The notes under the pieces are model-generated. The model did not search any database. It was not told the DNA's origin and saw only the letters and a list, made by a program, of their open reading frames with translations. This document shows positions 35,971 to 49,648 of a stretch of DNA of 64,000 bases, one piece after another (position 1 is the stretch's first letter; each line of letters starts with the position of its first letter). The DNA is from a virus. Taxonomy: Duplodnaviria; Caudoviricetes. The stretch covers positions 66,139 to 130,138 of the IMG/VR virus record IMGVR_UViG_2974518066_000001; one strand, given 5' to 3'. The translations under genes and the position numbers were made by a program.

Positions 35971-38900
35971 GGATTTCTCCGGATAGTAGGGCATAGATGT
36001 CGCGGGCCGTGTCGAGATCGAACACAAGACCGCGCCGGATGATCTCGCGGTTGATCTCTTCGCAGCGCTCGATGAGCGTGTTCGGCGGGAGGGCTTCGAC
36101 CTTGAGGAGTTCGGAGGCGCGCTGGATGATGCCTTGGGCCTCGGCGGTGCGGGCTTCGATGTTTGCGGCCAGCTCGTCGCGCAGCGCCTCGAAGCCTTCC
36201 ACGAGATGATCCTTCATCTGCTCGGACGGCTCCCATTCGGACCATGCTTTATGGCCGTCTCCAGCCATGTCGCCGTAGTCACAGCCGTAGTTCATTCCCG
36301 CGACGTATCCCGCCTTGAACGCGATTTCCGAGATATACAGCGCCACGTCCATCAGGCTGGCGTCTTCGTTCCCGGCGAACTCGAAGCTGTCCAGCTTGGT
36401 CAGGCCGATATGCGTCAGGTCGAGCATTTCGCGCCCGATCGCGTGGGTGTATCCAGCGGCTTCGAGCTTCTTCTTGATCCAGTCGAACGAGGCGGACGGG
36501 ACGGGGAGGGTGGCGACAGTGTAGGTCATGAAAGCTCCAGACGGCTGTATCCGCCGCAGTTGATTTCGTCGTAGTCAACGCTCTCCGCAGCGCCGGTTGA
36601 CACGAGATAATCGCCGAAATCATATGCCTTGACGCCCTCCTTGCGAGCATTGTCAGCGGCTTCGGTGAGATTGATGTCGGCGGTCATTCGATACAGTCCT
36701 GCGATGCCGTAGTCGGAGTGACTCTCGTAACTCAGCAGCACGAGCGTCCCAGCCGTCTTGATCTTGGGCGTCGGAGGAGGGGGAGGAGGCGGCGGATCGA
36801 TCCGGAACCGGCGGCGTGGCTTGTCGGTCATATTTTACTGTCCTCGACCCGCTTTCGCAGGCGGTTGATGGTGACATTGAGGGCGGCGAACTGCGCGTCT
36901 TCGGTGCGCCGGGCGTGGCGCTCCATGGCGTCGATGTGCTCGATGATCTGGCGGAGGTGGAGGTTCCACGCTTGAACGTCGAACGGGACGGGGCAGCGAT
37001 CGATCAATTCGTTGTCGGTGCGTTGGCAGATACCGCAAACGAGGTCGAAGCGTGGCGAAACGTCCGAGATATCGGTGACCACATGGGAGGCGTGAGGTGT
37101 CATTGCGGTCCCTATTCTTCCCGGCCATACATCCAGAATTGGGAGGCGTGCGGAAGTCGCTGGTGGTTGATTGGCCACTTGGTGACGGGCAAGTCGGTCA
37201 GAACATTACACTGACAGCAGCGGAACATGACCGCAGGGTCGCGAGAGCCCCAAGAGCTTCCCGGAACGCCGGGGAAGTAGCGCATGTCCGCCAGCTCGAC
37301 GAGAAGCACGGCGCCGCAACCTCCGCCGCCGTTGCCGTGACCGGAGCATTTGTGCTCGACCGAATAACCTTGCTGGTCGCGGCCGGGGGTGATGATCTTC
37401 ATGGCTCTTTTCCCCAAGACAGGCGCTTGCCGATCGCGTCGTGGAAGCCGTCCACAGTCGATGCGATATTGCCGCGACGTTCTCCCGTCTCCGGGTCGAA
37501 GCAGGCCGTGACGCGGCCCATGGCGACGCCTTTGTGGTTGATGGGAAGTGCGAGGTCTTCGACCCGATGCTTCTGAGCCCAGCCACACCACGTCTGCATC
37601 CGGACGAGGATGCAGGGGATGAGCCGGGCCGGGGCGATCGACGGGATGACGACGCTCTTCTTGCCGAGGTAGGTGGCGGGCATCAGTCTTCGTCCTCGAC
37701 GAGGGGTGTGTCATACAAGGTGCGGACGCCGTGATCCATGCCCAGCCACGTTCCCAGCTCATTGAGGTCACCGACCTCCTCGGGCGGCTTCATCTTGATA
37801 CGCTCCAGAACGGTCCAGATATCTCCCGCAACATCGGCCAGATTATCGGCCAACGAGAGCGAGCCGATGAAACTGAGCATCAGGGCGCGTGCCTTGTCGC
37901 GTTCGGCGAGCGCCGCTGCGAGCGACTCCTGCAAGGCTACGACGGTGGCGGAAAAGGCGATCGGGTCCGACATTATGCAGGTTCCATGATATGGGCGAGT
38001 GCGGCGCGGCCAGCGTGCAAGGCGCACATCGGCACGTCGTCGATGCTGTGGGTGGCGTTTCGGGTGCAGCAGTCCGGGTCGAAGCCCTTCTTGGCGGCCA
38101 GCGCCCGGCGGCGATCGTGATAATAATCGGTCGCGGCTTTGAGTGTGTCGTCCGAGATCGGGGACTGACACTGCTGCTTGGCGCTATTGAGGGTGATGGC
38201 TTTCACTTCTGTCCTTCGGGTGGCATGGGTCCTCGTAGAGGGCCAAGAAATCGGTGTGCCACGAGGGCGTCTGCGTCATCTTGTCCGGGTTGATCCTGCA
38301 GCGGACCAATGCGCCGTCAGGGTTCCATCCATGATGCCGGTGGCCTTCGACACGGACCCGTCCGTCGCGAGCCCCGCCGATGACTTCGACCCGGCAATAG
38401 TCGAGGGCCGTGTGATGCGGGATCACCCAGCCAGTGGTGGTCAACCCGACTTCCTCTTCTTCATCGTCCATCGTGCGGCCTCCGGAAGGCTTCTACCGTT
38501 CGCGCGAACGCGATCGAGGCATAGGGGCTGGGGTTGGCGCCGAAGATGTCTTCGACCTGACGGCGGTCGTTCCAGAAATCGAGGCGGGCGACTTTCGCCG
38601 GGCTGTTGTGGATCGGAATCCCCCGCTGCCGACCCGTGACGCGCTTCCCGGCATAATAGGCGACACGGGGACCACCCCCGGTGCGCGTCATCTCGAAATA
38701 CCGGTTCTGCTCGAACAGCAATTGGTAATAGGACTTGCCCTCGATCGCCTCGATCTCTTCGATCGAGATCGTCTCCTCTAGGATCAAAGGACGATCCCGC
38801 GAGGCGGAGCCATCTCCCGGCCTAGCTTGATTCCGGTGCGGAGCGACTGGAGCGCGGTCTGGACGCCATAAGCGTGGTCATACCGGCCCGACAGGAAATT

Positions 38901-40235
38901 TTCCCGGTTCTTTCCGGTCTGACTCGAGTTGTCAGCAGCGATGCGCCGCGCCAGCGTAAGCAGGGCTTGCTCGAACGCGGCGCCCTTCTTGGGCGTTTTC
39001 TTGCTCACTTCGGCAGACCGTCAATGAAGGCGCTGAGCTGGGCAGCGGCGTCGCGTTTGATCCCGGCGTCGAGGCGGTGGCGGGCAGCGTCACCCTCCCA
39101 CTGCTTCATCCGCTTGTCGAGTTCGTCGGCGTTGCGGAGCTTGGCGTCAGCCTCCGACAGGAGGCTGTCGCGCACCCTTATCAGTTCCCGACGAGACGGG
39201 CTGGTGCAGTCTACCATAGGTCCTCCGAATAGAGTTCCCGGTCGTTCCGGGACGGGTGATCGATCAGCGGCTGGTTCGCAGCCAAGGCGATCTGGAGGGC
39301 TTCCGCGCGGCCGACGAAGCGGCCGGTATTCGTGAGGAAGCCTTGGTTGTCCGGGGTGATCCGCTTCTGCGTGAGATCGTAGAAGGGATGGATCAGCGAA
39401 TAGTGCCGGGCAGGTGGCGGCGCGCTGATGGTGAGGGTGCCGTGCCTAACGGCGGCGGCGACGACGATTTCGGCCAAGGGCTACAAGCTCCAGCAGGTCG
39501 AAAATGATCTCGACGAGTTACAGAAAGATGATCACAGGCGGCTTCCGATCCATGCGATAAAGATGGCGGCGGCGAGGCAAAGAAGGTCGGTGCTAGGCAC
39601 GATCGATCTCGACGATGGTCAGATCACCGATGCGTTCAGACACCAGTTTGTTCGCCACCCTGATGATCGCCAGTGGTCCCCAGCCGGTGGGCGACATTAC
39701 GAAGCCCACCACCGTGCCGAGGCGGCTATCCGGCAGACGCACGATGATGGGCTCCGCGATCATGTCAGGCGGCCTCCGCTGGGGCGTTGATCAGGCCCGC
39801 TTCGATGAGGTATGCTTCAACCTCCTCTTCCGTAGCCGCACGCCAATCGTCGCCCGGTTTCACATAGGAGGACGATCCATCCTCCCCGCTCGCGAGGGAC
39901 GGGGAATCTGCGTCGCCGTCGCGGTCGATCGCCCGGACAAGCAGCAGCTCTTCATCGTCGTTGAACCAGATGATCGAACCGAGGATATGCTCCTTGCGGA
40001 GCTCTTCTCCCGGCTTCTTGATGATCGGAAGAGGCTCGCCGATGATGGCCTCCACTAGGCTGCGCACGTTGCGTTCCTGACAGCCAAATTTGTTGTTGGA
40101 GAGCGCTTCCACGATGGCCGCGATCCGGGGAGTAAGCTCGGCTTCCTGTTCCGGCGTTGCGGGAGCGGGAGCCAGCGCCAGACGGAGTTCGGCGGTGCGG
40201 GCGCGGATATTATCCGGGTTGTAGATACGGAGCAT
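35963..40235 (-). CDS. run of coupled small hypothetical genes (35963-36529, 36526-36831, 37112-37402, 37399-37683, 37683-37973, 37973-38206, 38461-38787, 38784-39008, 39005-39217, 39211-39477, 39765-40235)
   Basis: stop/start overlaps, host-like codon use. Confidence 0.6.
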
Positions 40236-40260
40236 GATAATTCCCTTGGAAGTCTGACGG

Positions 40261-40689
40261 TCAGTCGCCCGACGCGGCGAGGTGGTTCAGGCGGGCGGCC
40301 TCGGTCACCGGCAGACCGGCTTCGGTCGGCACGTAGATGATCTGGCCCTTGGCTTCGCTCATGGCCTGAATCTTGAGGTATTCGAGATACCCGGCCGGGC
40401 CGCCCAGACCGTTCGCGATGATCTTGTTCGCCTGCGCGGTGCCACGGGCGCGGATTACTTCCGCCTCGGCCAGCGACTTGGCGCTTTCGGCGGCGGCCTT
40501 GGCTTCCAGCGTCTTGACCTGACGGCTGGACTCCGCCTCGGCGAGGACGGCGCGACCGGCCTGCGTGGCGGAATAGACGCGGTAGTGGTTGTAGGCGGCA
40601 CAGCCGCCCATGCCGCCGCCGATCAGCACGACGATGGCGAGAAGCAGGCCCAGAACGGGCAGCAGCGGATTGGACTTGGAATTGCTCAC
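40261..40689 (-). CDS. membrane-anchored SPFH/band-7-like small protein
   Basis: TM helix, coiled coil, IYVPTEAGLPV.EA motif. Confidence 0.7.
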   Translation of the reverse strand: MSNSKSNPLLPVLGLLLAIVVLIGGGMGGCAAYNHYRVYSATQAGRAVLAEAESSRQVKTLEAKAAAESAKSLAEAEVIRARGTAQANKIIANGLGGPAGYLEYLKIQAMSEAKGQIIYVPTEAGLPVTEAARLNHLAASGD

Positions 40690-40860
40690 GGGGTCTCCTT
40701 GTTGTTCGTGATTCGATGCACCGTGATTAGCAAAACATGACACAAGGTCAAGTCAAACTAACCTATAAGGGCAAAAAGTTATACGGACGGCGGCGCTTGA
40801 TCCAGCGCGACGAGATGATTTCGACGCCCAGAGCGAGGGCGACGCCGATCAGGATGTCGG

Positions 40861-41554
40861 TCAGGTTGGCGGTGATGGGCATGCGAGAACCTTGAATCCA
40901 CGGGCCTTCATGTCGGCCTTGAAGGTGGCGATGTCGCCGTTGGGGACTTCGACCGTGATGGAGGTGTGCGACTGCGACTTGAGCCACTTGCGAGCGAATT
41001 TCAGAGCGCACTCCGCCTTCGCTCCCGCCTCGTAGCCGAAGATCACGATGCCGCTGAGGATGACGATTTCGTCGGTCGGTTCGACCGTGCCCAGATCGTC
41101 CACTTCTTCGCCGTTGTGGCGGAACACGGTGTCGTCCCAATAGGCGTCCGGTCCCCAATCGGCAGCGGTGAAGGCGGTAAATTCTGCCCCGGTCATCTTG
41201 ACGCCCTTAGCCATGCTTAGGGTCCATCAGCTCGGTGAAATAGAGCGCCGTCATCATCGTGGCCTTGGAGGTGCCGAAGTGCGGCTGGTAATAGCCGAAG
41301 ACGATATCGGCCAGATCAGGCTCGGCGGTGGTGATGCCCGAGAAGTGCGGGCGCCGGGTCGTGATATCCGCGATCAGCGAGAGCACTTCCTTGATGGTCT
41401 CTTCCTCGGCGGCGCGGATCGGCGAGAGAGGGATCGGGCGGCCGGATGCTTCGATCTGGTCGGCGAGCTTCTGCAGCTCGGTCCCTTCGTAGATGCCAGT
41501 CTTGCGCCACGCGAGGATTTCGTCGCAGCGGGTGGAGAGGTTGGTGGTGCTCAT
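40861..41554 (-). CDS. two hypothetical genes (40861-41214, 41207-41554)
   Basis: coupled ORFs. Confidence 0.6.
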
Positions 41555-42471
41555 TCGAGATAACTCCGCATGGAGAAGTAGGACGCCATGGCGTCTTGAT
41601 GGGTGCCGAAGACGAGAGGTTCGGGCTCGTAGATGGCGCGGATCGCCAGCGCCTCGGCGGTCGGCTTCCAGCCGTCCAGCTCGGTGTCGAGGAGGTAGCC
41701 ACGCGACTGGACGAACAGCATGAGCTTTCCGCCGACCGGCGTGATGTCGGACTTGAACAGGAAGCCTTCGCTCGGCGTGATCCCGGTCTCTTCCTTGAAC
41801 TCGCGGGCAGCAGCAGCTTCGGCGGACTGGTCAAGACCGACCTCGACGTAACCGGCAGGAAACGCCCAGCCCAGATTGTCCGGGCGCTGAATGACGATGA
41901 GCCCGGCCCGGCCGCTATGGTCGCGGACCTCCTGCATCATGACAGCGATCGGCTTCGGGTTCTCGAACTCCGTCTCGTCCTTCATGGCTTTGACAGCCTT
42001 CGGCGCCCACTCTCTCAGCTCGTTCGGCGACATATAGTCGTGGTGGAGCGCGGCCAGCCAGATCATCCGTTGGCGCGGAGGAGCTTCGTCCGAGAACGGC
42101 AGCGGCGGCTTGTCCATAGCCAGCCAGTCATGAGCGGCGCGATAGCCGACCATGCCGTCCCGGTTGCACGTCAAGCAGTGGAGGACGAAATCTGCGTTGT
42201 TGGGGAGGTTCGCTTCATCGCCCAGCAGCCACGCGACGTAGGCGGTCCAGCTTTCGAGATCGGTGTATTGCGCCAGCGGGGCGTCACCTTCGGGCGTGAT
42301 ACCGTGGTCCGAGAACCACTTACGCTCTTCGGACCCGAGACCGAGCTGGCGACGCTTCCGCTTGCTGTGCTGCTCGCACGGCAGAGGTTTGGGCTTGCCG
42401 CTCATCGGGCCGCCGGGCGCGTAGGCGTCGTCGGCCAGTTCCGACAGGCAGGTGCAGTTTCGATCAGCCAT
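41551..42471 (-). CDS. Nudix hydrolase with N-terminal extra domain
   Basis: WAFPAGYVE..AAAREFKEETG Nudix box. Confidence 0.8.
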   Translation of the reverse strand: MADRNCTCLSELADDAYAPGGPMSGKPKPLPCEQHSKRKRRQLGLGSEERKWFSDHGITPEGDAPLAQYTDLESWTAYVAWLLGDEANLPNNADFVLHCLTCNRDGMVGYRAAHDWLAMDKPPLPFSDEAPPRQRMIWLAALHHDYMSPNELREWAPKAVKAMKDETEFENPKPIAVMMQEVRDHSGRAGLIVIQRPDNLGWAFPAGYVEVGLDQSAEAAAAREFKEETGITPSEGFLFKSDITPVGGKLMLFVQSRGYLLDTELDGWKPTAEALAIRAIYEPEPLVFGTHQDAMASYFSMRSYLE

Positions 42472-45400
42472 AGATCGTAGCCTCCAGTGCGTTGCGCTGG
42501 GCGATGAGGTCCGCGATCTCCTTCTTGGTGTTGTAAATCTTGCCGTGAGCCTCGTCGAGCCACTGGCTGTAAGTCTCGCACCGCTTGGTAGTGTCATCCA
42601 CGGTGCGCCGCTTGTCAGCAAGCTGGCCGTTGAGGTTTTCGATCTGGGCACGGATGGCGTCGATCGCGGCGGCCGAGCGTTCCGGCGTCAGGCCGTCGAT
42701 GTGGACGACGACCGCCGGGCGGCGGAAGAGGAGGGCGAGGTTGAGTAACTTGTTCATGGCGCTCCTTTCAGCGGCGAAGCAGGCGGCAGGGGTGGGCTTC
42801 GATCGGTTTGTCGTTACCGAACTGGACGACGGCGAGATCGTCACTCATCCAGAGGATCGCACCGACCGTGCCCTTATCGACGCCCGGTAGATCGTAGGCC
42901 TCGACCAGATCATATTGGCGCAGAACGACGCCGTGGGCGTCCTTGTTCACATAGTCGATGAGGGACGGGCTGACCGCTTCGCTGACCTTCTCATCGCCGA
43001 TGGAAAATTCCACATCGACCAGCGTGCCGGTGCTCGGGAGAAAACCGACCGCCTTGATGACGCCGAGGGCGCCATAATAGGGATGGGTCACATCGTTCAT
43101 GATGCGGACCTGCAGACCGATACGGTCGTCTGCTTCCAGCTTGAAGCTGTCCTTGAGCTTGACGACATGGAACTCGATGCCGGGGTTCTTCTTCGCCAGT
43201 CGGTGGGCGGCCGAGATCGCCCATTTGCGCGAGTTGTGGGCGCGGGTTGGTGCCTTGGCGCCGGGGCGGTAGACGAAGTAGGACGGACGAGGTTCGCCGA
43301 ACGTGCGGCTGATCGCCTCGTCGAAGAAGGCGGGCTTCTTATGGGTGGTCATGGACTCCCTTTCTGTTGTTGTCTTGAAGACCGAATAGGTGCGTTCATC
43401 CGGTATGTCAAATGATTCGTTAACGCGACGGCCAGTTGTGAGCGCAGCCATATTCGCGATAGAAGCGATCCCACGCCGTGGCTCGGCGGTAAGCCGAGAC
43501 GGCTGTGAAGATGATGATGAAGACGGCGATGGAAAAGATGATCATGTGGCGGCCTAGCTACCTGATTGGAGGGCTGTGATGATTTCGTCAGCGATCTCAT
43601 CGGCCCGCTGGTCGGTTGGGTGGAAGTCGTCTGCCGACATGGTTCCGACGCTCCATGCGTGCCAGACCCGATTGCAGTCGTAGGTGTCTCCCAAGGAGGC
43701 GTAGAGCACGTCGGCGATCTTCTCGCGATCGAGGACCGGGCGCTCGGCGGCGAGGATATTGGCGATGCGGCGCAGCTCGATGCGGTCGTGGCCATGGATG
43801 GCTTGCCAAGTCGGCGGCTTGCCCATGATGAGCTTGGCGAGTTGCCAGTCGGCGGTGATGGGTTTCGTCATGGGGTGGCGCACGTCTTGTCACGATTGTC
43901 GAGGATTTCGATCGCCCGGCGGCCGAGCTGGATCGCTTCGGCGTAGAGCGGATCATTGCGGCGGCGTCGGCGCTCGACCGCGTTGTCGAACAGGCCCATG
44001 AGGTTGCGGACGGTATCGGCGACCGGATCGACGATCATGCGGAGAACTTTCGGCAGTGCTCGACGATCTCGATCGGGATGTTGAAGATAGTTGTGAGGTT
44101 CGTGTAGTCGGTATAGCCGACTTCCATCAGTCGGCGGCACCAGAGGATATCCATCTGCTTCTGGTAGGGAGCCACCTTGGCGCGCTGTTCTTCGGTCATA
44201 TGGAGCTTGGCGATGCCGAGGTAGTGCTGCACCACATAGTTGTATTTAGACAGGTAGTTCAGTCGGGTGATCGACTTCTTGAGTTCCCCGACGAGCCGAA
44301 CGGCCTCGTCGTGATCCACATAGAAGGTTCCTTCGGTGAGGAGATCGGCGAGCTTGTTCAGGTCGTCGAGTTCGGATGTGTTGGGGATGTTCATGTTATC
44401 GTCCGTGAGTGGGGATGACAGCGTGGACGCGGGGCGGCGCCGGTGCGTTGGAGATCGACAGAAGAGCCAGCTCGGGGCTGTGAAAATCGTCGCCATAGAT
44501 GTCCCAGAAATAGCCCTGCATCGGTCCCGCGCTGTGGCGCAGGAAGTGTTCGGTGCCATCGTCGTAGCAATAGCGGACGACGCATCGCGGCTGGGTGTCC
44601 GGGCGAGGGTAAGGCGGCATGTAATTGACGATGATGTCGCACTCGTGCTGCCAGTGTTGGGACAGGAGAAGGCGGATCAGCTTGTCCTTGTCGAACAGGT
44701 CGGGACACAGGCGGATCGCCATGCGCTTCTGCCACGCTTCCTGCTGCGCGTTGTAGCAGGGCGGGCAGTTGCCGTTGGCGGTCACGGTGGTGGGTTCGTC
44801 GCAGGTGGCGCAGTTCATGTGCTGATGACTCTCGTGGTGCGGCACGCCGGGCAGTATTCGGAATAGCCGGGATCGCTGCAGGTTGATGGGATGTGCCGGG
44901 CGAAGAGATGGCGGCCGATCCATCGGCACGCCCACCATTTCAAATTCACCGCCCGGCGGCCCGGTGCATGGTGCGCCAGATGTTGGCCATGGCCGATCGA
45001 CCGAAGCGCGAGCCGGTGGTGAGCCCAGCGTCGATCATTTCCGGCGTCGCCTCGGCTGGGATGTTCGGCTGGGCGGGGCGGAATTTGTTCACATGGGCAA
45101 TGATCAGAGCGGCGGCGTCGCGGCTCTGGTCGAAGTTGATAACGCCCTTGCCAATGGCGAGCATCGCGTCGCGGATGGCGTCGGCGGTGTGGCCTTCCTC
45201 GTCCCAATTGCGGCTGGCGGCGCTCATCGGCCGACGTGTCCGCGTGCGAAGTCATGACGCAGCGCGTCGGCCATCTCCCAGCCGTGGGCGGGGACGGACT
45301 GGCGCTGCTTCTCCAGCCACTTGGCGATCTCTTCGACCAGTGCGGCTTTCTCAGGCTCCGCTTCGGCGGCGATCGTCTCCTCGTGAGGCAGCGGCGCCGC

Positions 45401-48400
45401 CAAGGTTCCGGCGATGCGGTCGCGGGCGCGCTTGAGGCCGTTGATGAAATCGCTGCCCCAATCGCCGGGGTCCGATGCGATCTCCTTGTTGATGATCGCG
45501 ATATGGGGATGGTGCCGGGCGGCGCCGGGCACGGAATCCTCGATATCCATGAGGCGGGTTGCCGCATAGGCGATGTCGAAGGCGCGCTCGAACAGCTTCC
45601 ACTTCGGGAACTTGGCATAGGCGCAGGAGCCGAGATCGCAGATTTGCGAGATGGCGTCGCGGAAGGTGGCGACGTGGATCGGGGCCGTGATGCTTGCGTC
45701 GGTCATTGTTCTTCGATCTCTCTGGAAATCCACTTGATCTGACGCTTGCACGTCGCGATGGCGGCTTCATTGTGGGGATTGTTTTCGGCCTGCCCACTCG
45801 CTCATGACGCGAGGTCCGCGAACATGTCGGCAGGTGCCTTCCCGAACGTTACCGCCGGGCCGGTCTTGTGCTTCCATTCGGTGCCGTCGAACCACGTCTC
45901 GTTCGTCCGTCCGGTCTCGTGGAGGCGGATGACGTAGCGATAGCCTTTGTTAGGATGGAGGATGTAAGGCGAGCCCCAATGGTCGTAGTGGACGATCGCT
46001 TCGTAGAGTTCCGCCGGGGAGACGCGGGTGCGAATGCACACGATCGTCTGCTCGGTCGGTGCCCGGCGGAGGAAGTGGAGGATGTTCTTCAAGCTCATGA
46101 CGCGCTCGCTTCCACGATCTTCGACAGGTCGGCCGGTTCGTATCCGGCGGAGAGGTCCTGCAGGATGAGGTTCAGGATGGTCTCACCCAAGCCGAACGGC
46201 ACGAGGATGATGTCGTCGGTGCCGTGGAAGACGATACCGTCATCGACCGCCGGGCGGGGGACGTAGGGGATTGTCCCATATTCCTCGTTGTAGGTCGTCC
46301 GCCAGTATGTGTGGGCATCACGCTGGGCAGCGGTGAAGGGCCGCTCGCCCTGCATTCGTGTGTTTTCCCACGTCTGGGAATCCACCCACTTATCGATGGC
46401 GTCACCGACGACGAAAACGCCTTCGGACTTGCCAGCAGGCGCGCCCGGCTGCACCGAGATGCGAGCCACCTTGGCGAGATTGATGGCGACCATCATCTTC
46501 TTGTTCCGCTTGTTTGCCTCGCGGGTGACGAAGACGGCCAAGAAGTCACCATGGCGCTGGGTCGTCATGGTGAAACCGTTGCGGTGGATGTCGTCGATCT
46601 GCTTGTGGAAGAGGACGAGGTTGTCGCGATCGGCTTCGATCTTGGCCGTGATGTCCTTGACCTTTTGGTCGAAGATGTCCTGCGGCGTGATGGGCTTCAC
46701 CTCGACGTGCGGAGCGATGACCACGCCAGCGTCGGCCTGCTCCTCGGCAGCAGTCTTTGCCGCCGCGACGATCTTGCGGTGGTGGAAGTGGCTGAGGAAG
46801 CTCATGCCATGGCCTCCGAGATCGCACCGGCCAGCGCTTCGAGGTTGATTTCGCCGTCCACCAGCAGCTCGTCGGGCACACCGATCGAGCGTTCGCCGAC
46901 GTAGAGGTAACCGGCGCGCTGGCTTTCGCTCTGGCGGCACAGCTCGACGACGATCGCGTCCGCCAACTGCTCGCGGTCGATGGTGTTGGTGCGGTGCGCC
47001 GCGAGGTCGCGAAGCGCCTTCTGGTCGATCGGCGAGTTCGAGGGGAGGACGCCGAACAGCTTCACGAAGAGCGCGCGGTCGGCCATGGTGGGTTCAGGGG
47101 TGGTGGTCATTATTGATGTCCTTCCATGGTCGATTGTTATTAAAACTGTCCTCGGTAGGCATAGGTTCGCGAGCGCTCGCCGATACGGGCGCCTCCCTTC
47201 TTCGAGCGGACCTTGTTGTGGCGCAGATAGGTTTCCCGGTGCGCCGCCTTGCGTTCCTTCTCGGTCATGTCTTCGGGGGACGGGAACCGGCATTCATAGA
47301 GGCGGCGCCAGTCGTCCATCTTCGCATACTCGTTCTTGAGTTCGATGATGCGATCGGCATACGACCCGTCAGGCCAGCAGGGCATGGGCCAGAGCCCATC
47401 GAACGCTTGTGCGAGTTCGGAGTGTTGGTCGCCGAAGGCCGCCTCGTCGATGATGGCGAAGGACGCCGACGATCCGGACAGAGGCTTCACCTCCAGCTTG
47501 GGGAAATGGTAGCGGCGCGGTTCGGTCGCCGCCGCGAAATAGGCGGCCAGCGCGGCGGCGGCACGACCAGTCGGTGCCACCAGAAGGACGCCCGATGAAT
47601 CATACGCCTTGCCGTGGGCGACAACGTTTTCGATGAAGCGCTGAATGTCCGCGACGCTCTCGCTGAGCGGCTTCGGCTCAATGACGATCTGCTTGTTGGT
47701 GATCGCGTCGCGGTCGATCGGCTGGGCATGGCGCATCGAGCCCGAGGGCGCGTCGTAGATCATGAAGCGTCGGCCGTCGTTGTCGCCGAGGAAGTCGCCC
47801 ATCTGCTGCTCGACCTGCTCGCGTTCGATCCAGACCGTGTGGTCGTGGCTGGTTTCGATATCCACGACCAGCGCAGTCTCGGGCGGCAGGGCGGCGACCT
47901 CTTCGGGGGTCAGAAACTTGGTCATACAATGCCTCCAATCATTCGTTCCCGTTCCTCCGCGCTCTCCAGAGCGCCGGTGATCATGCGGAAACGGAGGGGG
48001 CGTTCCTCGAAAGTCGGAACGCGGTTCATGATGCGCCACTGGCGGCGATATTCTGCGATCTCTTCCTTCGTTCCGAAGAACTCAGGCGGCTCCACCATCT
48101 TGGTTCGGTCCTCGTAGACCGGGCGCCGGAACTCAGGCAGGTAGAGGGAGAAGGGCTTCGTCCGACCGTTGATGCCGGGGTCGAAGATGATGTCGATATG
48201 GTGGGTGCCTCCGACCTTCATGTCGCCCGGCCGCCAGAGGATGCGTTCCTCTTCGTCCGCTTCCTCATAGAGGTGGAGGGCATATTCCTCCGCCGACAGC
48301 CATGTGGGGAAGACGCGGATCGAGTCATCAGCGTTGCGAACGACCTCATCCCCGATCATGACAGCGCATTCGCCCGGCGCGTGCGGGATAGCGGTCTGCT

Positions 48401-48908
48401 GGTTCGGGCGGCCCTCCTTCGTGCGGCGGCCGATATTACCCTTCTCGCCGACGACACCATTGCACTGCCAGACCTGAGCGATCGGGTTGGCGCAGATGCA
48501 ATCGAAATAGGTGGTCGCGAAAGGCGGAGGCGGCACCCGTAGGGCAGGCTTCTCAGGCTCTGACGCGAGGAAGGTGGAAGCAGCAGGTGCTTCGCCCAGC
48601 CAGCGCGCCGTATATTCCTGTGCGACCGAGATCGCCTCTTCCTTGGTGGGGACGTGCCGCTTCTTGGTGGGCGCGCCGCTTTCCTTATGGGCGCCCATCA
48701 CCCAACGCATCTTGTGCCGGTCCTTGGCGGTGGCCGGGCGCACGAAATGGATACCGTCAGACCACCCGTCCTTGGGGACGAGAGGGGCCTGCACTCCATC
48801 ACTGCGAATTTGGCGTTGTCGCCGGGTGGTCACTGTCACTGTCTCCGATGGGTGCGAGGGCGAGCCCTGCGATCGCTGCGCGATGTGAGGATGAACCTCA
48901 CGAATCAC
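42464..48908 (-). CDS. run of hypothetical genes (42464-42757, 42768-43352, 43554-43871, 44035-44394, 44396-44818, 44946-45227, 45224-45706, 45802-46098, 46095-46805, 46802-47110, 47140-47925, 47922-48908)
   Basis: co-oriented coupled ORFs. Confidence 0.6.
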
Positions 48909-49090
48909 TGTGTTAGTGAAACTGTCCTAGTCGAGAAAAAGTGTCGTTGCAAGAGGTCAGTGTTATCTAGGGTAACAGGCGCTTCGCAGCGTTTTTCACT
49001 TTTATTGTCTAGAATGGCGGGGAGACATCACGGTCATGGTGCCGGTTTGGCATGGTGCCCGGATCGCACATTATCATCACGGGCAGGCTC

Positions 49091-49445
49091 GCGTGATGGC
49101 TCGTTGAGAGGTTGGCGTTGTCCATATGGACCGCTTCGCGTGATGCTCGGTGGGCGTGATGACGGGTCGCCCGTGATGGTCGGCTGGGTGGTGGACAGTG
49201 ATGATGATGGGAGGTTGGGCGTGATGTTTTGGGCGTGATGAGCGCTTTCTTGAACCTCTCAGAAAGCAAGAATGGCGGATTTCTGCCGTTTTTCAGCTCT
49301 CACAACTTTTAGCAAAACTTATGCGAAAAAGCGCTGGCGATTTGCACACGATCCTGAGCACCGTTCTCAGCCTGTCTCAGTCGGCCATAGAAGTCCCTAC
49401 TTTTACTATTTCTTTAATTAAAAGTTAAAAAATATATAATATGAG
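49091..49445. other. candidate replication origin (CGTGATG repeats plus AT-rich tract)
   Basis: seven (C)GTGATG copies at 49091-49241, AT-rich 49398-49443, at the strand switch. Confidence 0.4.
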
Positions 49446-49648
49446 GGGATTTAGCCCTAGAGTGGCGGTTTTCCGAGGGTTTCGAGACCCGACCGTTTCC
49501 GCATTGTTTTTGCACAAAACACAAAACCGTTGTTTTTCAATGGGTTGCGAGATTTACACCTCGCTTAGATATTCTCGCTTGACCTGAGTGTCAGTCTAGC
49601 TAACACATAGGGCCTCCAAAGACACCCTAGCGAGACAGTCGAATCACC

